A stretch of 32,000 nt of DNA from Candidatus Nanogingivalaceae bacterium (GTDB taxonomy: Bacteria; Patescibacteriota; Saccharimonadia; Saccharimonadales; Saccharimonadaceae): positions 180,001 through 212,000 of the forward strand of contig CP072208.2 of the NCBI GenBank assembly GCA_015257795.3, in the 5' to 3' direction. This document shows, one piece after another, positions 18,050-24,479 of this stretch. Numbering within the stretch: position 1 is the stretch's first letter; the number at the start of each line of letters is the position of its first letter. Made by a program: the position numbers and the translations under genes. The notes below the pieces were generated by a model. The model had not been told where the DNA came from. It searched no databases and saw nothing but the letters and a program-made list of their open reading frames with translations.

Positions 18050-19262
18050 TTTTACTCCTTATTAGTACTAATAATTCACGCGCCACAACTTGATTTTCGC
18101 GATAATATATTAAATCTTGTGGTTTAACGCGCATAAATTCTTTTCTATTATACCCCAGCTCATTTAAAAAGTCAACAAGTGGAAGGTGTGAAAAATGGCC
18201 ATTTTGTGTTCTCCAAGCGGGGACGGCAATGCAAATCTGGGTTCCGGCTGGAATTTGTGAGGCAAGGTTTTTCAAAAAATTTGAAATTATACGATTACAA
18301 TTTTCACGAACTTCTGTTAATTTTTTTGGTGAAGGCGGAGCGGAGAACGGTTGTCCTAGATAAGTTTCGCAAACAACAGTTGAAAGTGTATCAGCAAAAG
18401 TCCATTTTTCATCTGTTGCGTCAGCTTGATAAATTTCGCCAAGTTTGCCGTGCGGTTTAAATTCTTGCAAAAACCACTCGCTGTTTTCTTTCGAAAATTC
18501 TATCATTTTTTCACTTAAATCTGTTCCGTTAACTTCAAAACCTTTTAAGAGTGCTTCTTGAAGAACTGTGCCTGTTCCACAAAACGGATCAAGGATTTTA
18601 GGGTCTTCGAAAGTTTTTTCACCCAAAAAAGCTTTAATTTGTGGCTGATTTTTACCAGCGCCAAAATTAATCATTGTTTGTGCAAGTTTTGGTGGTAGCA
18701 TTCCTACAAAAGCATCGCGCTTTGGTCTATTTTGGTCACGTCTAGCGTAGCTTGTGATATTTTGCGCACCTTCGCTTAAGGCAATAATTGTTTTTTTGCC
18801 GCCACGAACTGCTAAAATTTCAATCTTTTTTTCACTTAAGCCAAGTTTGTTGTTGTGTGAAATTGCGGTTGAAAGCGCTAGTTGCTTTGAAGGAATAATC
18901 CGCACAGAAACATCACGATTTTTAAGTTTTTGTTTAATAACCGAGCTTGTTTTTGAAAGTTCATTTGGTCGAAGTTTTAGTCCGTAAGTGGAGATTCCCA
19001 AGGTGATTTTTCCTTTAAAGTTTGAAAAATCTTGTTCAAAAATTTTAGTCATCTTTTTTGAAACTTCTCGCCAATCTGTTGAGTTAATTTCGAAAGCTAC
19101 TTGACCAGTTTTTAGGATTGAACCAAAATGTGAAACATTAAGTTTTTCAGTTTCGATAAGACAGGCATAATCACCAAGCACGCGAATTTTTTCTCCGCCA
19201 AAAACACTTTCGAGTTCGGCAATTCCTATGCTCGGCTGTCGCCCTAAAATTGCAATTTTCAT
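18036..19262 (-). CDS. SAM-dependent methyltransferase (Trm11/UPF0020-like, probably RNA)
   Basis: Motif I LDPFCGTGTVLQEAL followed by GTDLSEKMI. The N-terminal ~180 aa are unrecognised. Overlaps rpmA by 14 nt in the same operon. Confidence 0.55.
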   Translation of the reverse strand: MKIAILGRQPSIGIAELESVFGGEKIRVLGDYACLIETEKLNVSHFGSILKTGQVAFEINSTDWREVSKKMTKIFEQDFSNFKGKITLGISTYGLKLRPNELSKTSSVIKQKLKNRDVSVRIIPSKQLALSTAISHNNKLGLSEKKIEILAVRGGKKTIIALSEGAQNITSYARRDQNRPKRDAFVGMLPPKLAQTMINFGAGKNQPQIKAFLGEKTFEDPKILDPFCGTGTVLQEALLKGFEVNGTDLSEKMIEFSKENSEWFLQEFKPHGKLGEIYQADATDEKWTFADTLSTVVCETYLGQPFSAPPSPKKLTEVRENCNRIISNFLKNLASQIPAGTQICIAVPAWRTQNGHFSHLPLVDFLNELGYNRKEFMRVKPQDLIYYRENQVVARELLVLIRSKNVTR

Positions 19263-19268
19263 TTTAAA

Positions 19269-19297
19269 ATTATAACATAAAATAAGCTTAATATCAA
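19269..19297 (-). promoter_or_regulatory. promoter (-35 TTGATA, 17 nt, TGtTATAAT), leaderless-type, for the methyltransferase-rpmA operon
   Basis: Read on the complement strand. The -10 ends 6 nt before ATG (19262). Confidence 0.55.
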
Positions 19298-19309
19298 AGC
19301 AAAAACATG

Positions 19310-19338
19310 TTGATATTTTTTTCGATTAATGATAAAAT
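19310..19338 (+). promoter_or_regulatory. promoter (-35 TTGATA, 17 nt, TGaTAAAAT) for paralog A
   Basis: The -10 lies inside the direct repeat and the -35 lies outside it. SD AGGTGG at 19370-19375. Confidence 0.55.
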
Positions 19339-19774
19339 CAAATAGACATAAGAGTAATGGAAAAAAGTAAGGTGGAATAAACAAATGCAAGATTTAAAAC
19401 TCAAAAAGCTTATCTGTCTAGATAAGCCTGCAGAAAACAATTTGGTTTCTGCAGCTCCATCCCCAACAACAGATGGAAAAACAGAAACTGTAGCTGTTCA
19501 ACCAGCTCCAAAAAACATCCAAGCTCCAAACACTGGAGTGCAAAACACAACGGGAATTATTACAACAATCCTTGTTCTAGCTCTAATCCTTGGACTAACA
19601 ACTCTCATTGTTTCAAAGCTAAGCAAGAAATCTAAAAAGATTGTTCTTTCAATCTTCATGCTAGCTACAGCTACATTCGGTGGAATTAACGCTTTCTCAA
19701 AACTATCTTACGCCGAAACCCTAGTTGACGGCAAACCCTGCCAAACTACTGGCTACACTGACTATGAGGTTGGG
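19328..19774 (+). repeat. direct repeat copy 1 (promoter -10, SD and codons 1-130 of paralog gene)
   Basis: Aligned by eye to 22860-23305. In the 57-nt leader there is 1 indel (A6 vs A5) and 1 SNP. Codons 1-104 have 0 differences. Codons 105-131 have 6 differences, all synonymous. Confidence 0.95.
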
Positions 19775-20134
19775 GCGGATGTTTCAGTAGGAATTGATGT
19801 TACAGGCGCATCTTACAATAAATCGCAAATCTTCATCAAAGTCAAAGGTACTGGTGATCCAGAAAAAGACAAAGCAGCCCTAGCTGCAGAAATCGACAAG
19901 CTAAAGGATGACAAAGATTTGTTGAAGAGTGCTGTAAGAAATTTTAATGACAGCAATCCTACGCTTAAACACCCTAATGGTACGGATATTGTTGCTGAAG
20001 ACTTTAACAACGGAGGAATCAAACAAAATATCTCTAAATCTCCAAAACAAGATGATGAAAAGCAGGTATATCAGGTTTATGCTGATTTTACAACTTCGAC
20101 CGGTATTCCAGTTTCGCCGGTAGATTATCTATAG
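19385..20134 (+). CDS. 2-TM membrane protein, paralog A (N-terminal APNTG sorting-signal-like segment, internal signal-peptide-like TM, variable C-terminal ectodomain)
   Basis: Residues 1-131 are identical to the product of 22916..23695. IQAPNTG + TM + KKSKK lies at residues 45-85, then IVLSIFMLATATFGGINAFSKLSYA|ET. The C-terminal ~120 aa diverge apart from a conserved DPEKDKAALAAEIDKLKDDKDLLK helix. Confidence 0.75.
   Translation: MQDLKLKKLICLDKPAENNLVSAAPSPTTDGKTETVAVQPAPKNIQAPNTGVQNTTGIITTILVLALILGLTTLIVSKLSKKSKKIVLSIFMLATATFGGINAFSKLSYAETLVDGKPCQTTGYTDYEVGADVSVGIDVTGASYNKSQIFIKVKGTGDPEKDKAALAAEIDKLKDDKDLLKSAVRNFNDSNPTLKHPNGTDIVAEDFNNGGIKQNISKSPKQDDEKQVYQVYADFTTSTGIPVSPVDYL
19832..19927 (+). 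repeat. second conserved block shared by the paralogs (copy 1)
   Basis: About 96 nt nearly identical to 23387-23482. Differences are mostly synonymous. Embedded in otherwise unalignable sequence. Confidence 0.85.
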
Positions 20135-20149
20135 TATCAACTACTAAAA

Positions 20150-20177
20150 ATAGCACCAAAAGGTGTTATTTTTATTT
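20150..20177 (+). terminator. rho-independent terminator
   Basis: ATAGCACC-aaaa-GGTGTTAT (8 bp, one G-U) followed by a T-run. Confidence 0.65.
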
Positions 20178-20185
20178 TGCGTTTA

Positions 20186-20194
20186 TGCTATAAT
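20186..20194 (+). promoter_or_regulatory. extended -10 promoter (TGcTATAAT), leaderless-type, for the KwaB-like/helicase operon
   Basis: The -10 ends 7 nt before ATG 20202. Confidence 0.5.
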
Positions 20195-20201
20195 ATAATA
20201 C

Positions 20202-21278
20202 ATGGAAGATGAAATTAGAACTGAATATTCAGAAAATACCGAAAACAAACAATACGAAACAGAAGAAAAAAACCACAAGGTTGAATCTTCTTCAGAAAAA
20301 GATGAATCAACTGATATTTTTCAATGGGCGAATTTAACAGATGGTATTAAAGGCGAGCTTGATGTCGAGTTTTTCCTTTTCAATAAAAATTTCGCTCCTT
20401 TCACTACAAGCTTTGCGGGTGAATTAAACTCACAAATTAAGCCACTATTTTTGTATGACATGATTAATTTCGTAAATATGGGGGCGGGCACTGGCTTGAG
20501 TGTGCGTAATTACGAAACTGATGGTGGTGCAAGTAAAGATGTGCTTTTAAAAACTGAGTTGAAAAAAGTTCAACATGCGGATGCGCTTTTGAATGTGATT
20601 GAAACGCAATATTCTGACATTCCTGAATTTAATGAAAACGAGCACGACTTTAAACGGATTAAAGGAATTTTGGCGCGCTTCACAAATTCAAAAGGTGAAA
20701 AGTTCTATGTTGCCAAACAAATTATGCAAGGGCAAGTTTTGCGCGGTGCAACAGCTTGGGAATTTCGAAACGGTAAATTTGGCGCTTTCGAACCTGAATT
20801 TGGTTTAAAAATCCAGCCAGATAACCAAGTTTTAATTGTGAATAACGACATCTTTATTTTTAACCAAAGTAAATTCGAAAAACTCTTCAATTATGATTAT
20901 AAGAAACAAGTTTTGGCTGATCAAAAAGTGCTTGAAATCGAACGAAAATATAAACTGAGTTTTCCAGACGGTTTAGATTTGCAAACCTTAGTTCGTGATC
21001 ATAAAAAAGCCGCAACAAAACTACAAAAAATGGATGAAATTGGTGAAATTTCACAAGAAAAAGTGGTTGAATATGCTGATGAAATGCAGCTTGAACTTAT
21101 GACAGATGACAATGGCGCGATTATTATTATGGACGGCAATGATTTGGATATGTTCGTAAATCTGATTAACGAAGATTATATCATGAGTGAAATTACTGGT
21201 CGTCGATACGAAATTAAAAGCAAAAAATTACTTGATGAACCAGAGGGTGAACCACCACGAATGATTGGGAGCGAATAG
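20202..21278 (+). CDS. soluble hypothetical protein, tentatively DUF4868/KwaB-like, with acidic N-terminal tail
   Basis: No TM. A 45-aa Glu/Ser-rich N-terminus, then a ~310-aa body. Its segment pattern (FFLFNKN..., IKGILARF...FYVAKQI, LIVNNDIFIFNQSKFEKLFNYDY, C-terminal DMFVNLINEDYIMSEITGRRYEIKSKK) resembles DUF4868 proteins as I remember them. Not verified by any search. Confidence 0.4.
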   Translation: MEDEIRTEYSENTENKQYETEEKNHKVESSSEKDESTDIFQWANLTDGIKGELDVEFFLFNKNFAPFTTSFAGELNSQIKPLFLYDMINFVNMGAGTGLSVRNYETDGGASKDVLLKTELKKVQHADALLNVIETQYSDIPEFNENEHDFKRIKGILARFTNSKGEKFYVAKQIMQGQVLRGATAWEFRNGKFGAFEPEFGLKIQPDNQVLIVNNDIFIFNQSKFEKLFNYDYKKQVLADQKVLEIERKYKLSFPDGLDLQTLVRDHKKAATKLQKMDEIGEISQEKVVEYADEMQLELMTDDNGAIIIMDGNDLDMFVNLINEDYIMSEITGRRYEIKSKKLLDEPEGEPPRMIGSE

Positions 21279-21287
21279 TCTTCGAAA

Positions 21288-22838
21288 ATGAAACAAGCGC
21301 TAGCTTTAGAAATTATGCTTTCGGGCGAGAACGTCTTTTTAACTGGGGCGGCGGGAAGTGGAAAAACCTTCACGCTTAACCAGTTTATTAAGCTTGCAAA
21401 AAATTCTGGAAAAAAAGTTAGTGTCACAGCCACCACTGGTTTGGCGGCAAGTCATCTTGGTGGAAACACAATTCACGCTTGGAGCGGAATTGGAATTTAT
21501 GATTATCTTTCTAAGAAGTTTTTCGAAAAAATTCCTAAAAATCGTGCGGAAATTATTAAAAATACTGATATTCTAGTGATTGATGAAATTTCAATGTTGC
21601 ATGATTTTCGGCTTGATATGGTTGAAGAAATTTGTCGCACAATTCGCCAAAATGACAAACCTTTTGGTGGAATTCAAGTAATTTTGTGTGGCGATTTTTT
21701 TCAGCTACCGCCAATTAATCGAAGTGGTAGCCGAACTGGTGGTTTTGCGATTCATTCTGAAGCTTGGCGTCTAGCGGATTTTACGGTTTGTTATCTTGAG
21801 GAGAATTATCGCCAGAAAGATAGCGAGTTGACTGAAATTTTAAACGCACTTCGGGCGGATGATTTGCGCCGAAAGCACGCTGAAAGCTTGCTTAATCGTG
21901 TTGATGCTGAGCCAGAATTCGAAAATGAAGATTTTTCGAAAAACCTAACCGAACTTCACACTACGAATATTGATGTCGATAAAATCAACGAGCAAAAACT
22001 TGCCGAACTTGAGGGCAAAGAGTTTCATTTTGCTCAAACCACAACGGGCGCAAAAAATTATGTTGAAACTTTGCAAAAATCAGTTCTTGCGCCAGAGCTT
22101 TTGCGGCTTAAAAAGGGTGCTTTAGTTATGGCCGTAAAAAATGCACAAAATCGTCAATATGTAAATGGCTCAATTGGCGAGGTGATTGATTTCGAAACTT
22201 TAACAGATTATCCGATTGTGCAATTTCAAAATGGAAAAGTCGTTACAATGGTTCCAGATACCTGGGAGATGCGCGATGGTGAAAGAAAACGAGCAAGTAT
22301 TATGCAAATTCCACTACGGCTGGCATATGCAATTACCGTTCATAAAAGTCAAGGAATGACCCTTGATGCTGCACGAATTGATCTTCGAAAAGCTTTTGCT
22401 GAAGGAATGGGCTATGTGGCTCTTTCACGAGTTCGATCGTTAGATAGGTTGTATTTAATTGGGATAAATCGAATGGCATTAGTTGTTAGTGAAGAAGCGC
22501 AAAGAATTGATACGCGACTAAAAAATGAAAGTCAAAGGGCGGAGAAACGTTTTGCCCATCTGTTAGAAACTGCCAAAAAGCGCGAGGCGGGTGAGATTAT
22601 TGAAAAGGCTCCAGCAAAAACAACCTGGGCGCAAAAACTAGAAAAAATGCGAGAAGAATTTCCAAATGCGTATCGACCATGGAAGCTTTCCGATGATGCA
22701 CGTCTTCAAGAAGCGATTTTCAAAAACGGCAAAATAGATGAAGCGTTAATATTAAAATTAAGCAAAGAACTTGGCCGACATAAAGGCTCGATTGAGGCGC
22801 GTATTAAAAAGCTTTTTGGCGAAGATTCTTTGCAGTAA
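21288..22838 (+). CDS. Pif1-family SF1B DNA helicase with C-terminal HTH-like extension
   Basis: Walker A GAAGSGKT, Walker B ILVIDEISML, Pif1 signature GGIQVILCGDFFQLPPI, ENYRQ, LKKGALVMAVKN, AYAITVHKSQGMTLD, YVALSRVRS. An extra ~110-aa helical tail (WAQKLEKMREEFPNAYRPWKLSDD...). Starts 9 nt after the upstream gene. Confidence 0.85.
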   Translation: MKQALALEIMLSGENVFLTGAAGSGKTFTLNQFIKLAKNSGKKVSVTATTGLAASHLGGNTIHAWSGIGIYDYLSKKFFEKIPKNRAEIIKNTDILVIDEISMLHDFRLDMVEEICRTIRQNDKPFGGIQVILCGDFFQLPPINRSGSRTGGFAIHSEAWRLADFTVCYLEENYRQKDSELTEILNALRADDLRRKHAESLLNRVDAEPEFENEDFSKNLTELHTTNIDVDKINEQKLAELEGKEFHFAQTTTGAKNYVETLQKSVLAPELLRLKKGALVMAVKNAQNRQYVNGSIGEVIDFETLTDYPIVQFQNGKVVTMVPDTWEMRDGERKRASIMQIPLRLAYAITVHKSQGMTLDAARIDLRKAFAEGMGYVALSRVRSLDRLYLIGINRMALVVSEEAQRIDTRLKNESQRAEKRFAHLLETAKKREAGEIIEKAPAKTTWAQKLEKMREEFPNAYRPWKLSDDARLQEAIFKNGKIDEALILKLSKELGRHKGSIEARIKKLFGEDSLQ

Positions 22839-22841
22839 TTA

Positions 22842-22870
22842 TTGACCTTTCCTCCAAACAATGATAAAAT
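22842..22870 (+). promoter_or_regulatory. promoter (-35 TTGACC, 17 nt, TGaTAAAAT) for paralog B
   Basis: An independent -35 outside the repeat, at the same 17-nt spacing as in copy 1. Confidence 0.55.
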
Positions 22871-23305
22871 CAAATAGACATAAGAGTAATGGAAAAAGTA
22901 AGGTGGAATAAATAAATGCAAGATTTAAAACTCAAAAAGCTTATCTGTCTAGATAAGCCTGCAGAAAACAATTTGGTTTCTGCAGCTCCATCCCCAACAA
23001 CAGATGGAAAAACAGAAACTGTAGCTGTTCAACCAGCTCCAAAAAACATCCAAGCTCCAAACACTGGAGTGCAAAACACAACGGGAATTATTACAACAAT
23101 CCTTGTTCTAGCTCTAATCCTTGGACTAACAACTCTCATTGTTTCAAAGCTAAGCAAGAAATCTAAAAAGATTGTTCTTTCAATCTTCATGCTAGCTACA
23201 GCTACATTCGGTGGAATTAACGCTTTCTCGAAACTATCTTATGCCGAAACCCTAGTTGATGGCAAACCTTGCCAAACTACTGGCTACACTGATTATGAGG
23301 TTGGG
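22860..23305 (+). repeat. direct repeat copy 2
   Basis: See 19328-19774. Confidence 0.95.
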
Positions 23306-23695
23306 GCAAACATTTCGCTAGGTCTTAAGGTTAATGAAGATAGAGAGATACAAGGTGCTAGCGTAGCTGCTGGTGTAGAAAAGTTTTTCATCAAAGTCAA
23401 AGGCGCTGGTGATCCAGAAAAAGACAAAGCAGCTCTAGCCGCAGAAATCGACAAGCTAAAGGATGACAAAGATTTGCTTAAAAAATTCAAAGATAACTAT
23501 AATGCGGTAAAATGTACTGGACATGCTGGAAATGATGAATATTGTATAGAAACTGATATAGATATTTTTCCTCTAGAGGTAGGTAAAAATATTACTACAG
23601 AGCCTAAAGTGAGTGACGAAAAACAACTTTATGAAATTAGTGCATTAATCCAGCAAGAAGGTGGTTTTGGGATTATTGCAACTCCACACATCTAG
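22916..23695 (+). CDS. 2-TM membrane protein, paralog B (same N-terminal module, different Cys-containing C-terminal ectodomain)
   Basis: 259 aa. Residues 1-131 are identical to paralog A. The C-terminal region is unalignable except for the conserved helix and a DEKQ[VL]Y motif. Confidence 0.75.
   Translation: MQDLKLKKLICLDKPAENNLVSAAPSPTTDGKTETVAVQPAPKNIQAPNTGVQNTTGIITTILVLALILGLTTLIVSKLSKKSKKIVLSIFMLATATFGGINAFSKLSYAETLVDGKPCQTTGYTDYEVGANISLGLKVNEDREIQGASVAAGVEKFFIKVKGAGDPEKDKAALAAEIDKLKDDKDLLKKFKDNYNAVKCTGHAGNDEYCIETDIDIFPLEVGKNITTEPKVSDEKQLYEISALIQQEGGFGIIATPHI
23387..23482 (+). repeat. second conserved block shared by the paralogs (copy 2)
   Basis: See 19832-19927. Confidence 0.85.
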
Positions 23696-23706
23696 AAATA
23701 AATTAA

Positions 23707-23737
23707 AAGACGACCAAGTGAGGTTGTCTTTTTTTAT
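23707..23737 (+). terminator. rho-independent terminator
   Basis: AAGACGACC-aagtga-GGTTGTCTT (9 bp, one G-U) followed by T7. Confidence 0.75.
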
Positions 23738-24021
23738 TTTGCTTGTAAGAAATAAAGGAGAAAGGTCTGATTGAAGGGGCGGATTTCAAACAGGGATTAT
23801 TTAATATTGTGCCCAAGTTTATTTTAGTTTTATCTTTTTACGCAAGGCGGTTAATTCTATGGCATTAGCTACTACAAAAGAGGCGTAAAGCAGGTTTATT
23901 ATAAACACAATAAAAACAGATAATGTCAAAAAAATAAATAAAATAAAACAATAGAAAGTCAAGCGAACAAAGTTTTGGCAAGGAAAAACGAAATGTTTTA
24001 GAATATTGTAAAACAAAACTA

Positions 24022-24050
24022 TTGACTTTTTAAAAAACTTATGCTATTAT
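24022..24050 (+). promoter_or_regulatory. promoter (-35 TTGACT, 17 nt, -10 TATTAT)
   Basis: Canonical spacing. It places the track start ATG 24041 upstream of the transcription start site. Confidence 0.5.
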
Positions 24051-24106
24051 ATAAACATACAAAACAATTAAGATTAAATAAGTCAAATAAAATAAAAAGG
24101 AATAAA

Positions 24107-24391
24107 ATGACAAAAAAACAAACAGAAACTAAAATTATTAAAGAGACTTCAACTAAAAAAGTTTCAAAAAAAGATAATGAAATTAAAAAAGCTAAAACTT
24201 TATTAACAAATAATGGAATTATGATTGCTGAAGATGGAACAGTAGTTGTAGATCAGGTCACTCAAGACTTTCGAAGTGCCGTTTTGGTTCTTTCACTCGC
24301 AATTAATCTCGTTATTTTTGTAACTTACTTGATTCTTATGTCTACAAGTAAGTATGACGCAGCATTAATTAGCGCTTTGTTGCCACGATAG
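24107..24391 (+). CDS. hypothetical small Lys-rich protein with C-terminal TM (94 aa)
   Basis: ATG after AAAGGA. Lys/Thr-rich N-terminus and one hydrophobic helix (AVLVLSLAINLVIFVTYLILM). AT-rich context makes this uncertain. Confidence 0.4.
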   Translation: MTKKQTETKIIKETSTKKVSKKDNEIKKAKTLLTNNGIMIAEDGTVVVDQVTQDFRSAVLVLSLAINLVIFVTYLILMSTSKYDAALISALLPR

Positions 24392-24417
24392 TCTGGTTTT
24401 CAACAACTAAACGTAAG

Positions 24418-24479
24418 CTTTGTGGAAAAACAGGGAATATCTGTTATTAGCCTTGCTTTTCCACAAAGTTGTGGAAAAA
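24418..24479. promoter_or_regulatory. three DnaA-box-like 9-mers (TTTTCCACA) arranged as nested palindromes
   Basis: TGTGGAAAA at 24421-24429, TTTTCCACA at 24457-24465, TGTGGAAAA at 24470-24478. All fit TTWTNCACA. 24418-24429 pairs perfectly (12 bp) with 24457-24468. 24457-24478 is itself a 10+2+10 palindrome. Confidence 0.45.

Noticed and set aside
19385-23695. Diversity-generating retroelement (template/variable repeat) as the explanation for the paralogs' variable regions.
   Set aside because: There is no reverse transcriptase gene in the window. The differences within the shared 96-nt block are not adenine-specific but mostly synonymous transitions. The variable parts are unalignable rather than point-mutated.
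19328-23737. Calling the cassette an integrative mobile element, prophage remnant or transposon.
   Set aside because: There is no integrase, transposase, recombinase or terminal inverted repeat. The cassette genes share the host's CGN Arg usage and TTCGAA density. Only the long direct repeats are present, so it is reported as a recombination-prone cassette rather than a mobile element.
23819-24016. 65-aa hydrophobic minus-strand ORF.
   Set aside because: It has a TTG start with no SD or promoter. Its Phe/Ile/Leu-rich 'TM' is what poly-A/T intergenic DNA yields when translated. It is not excluded as a small membrane protein but is unsupported.
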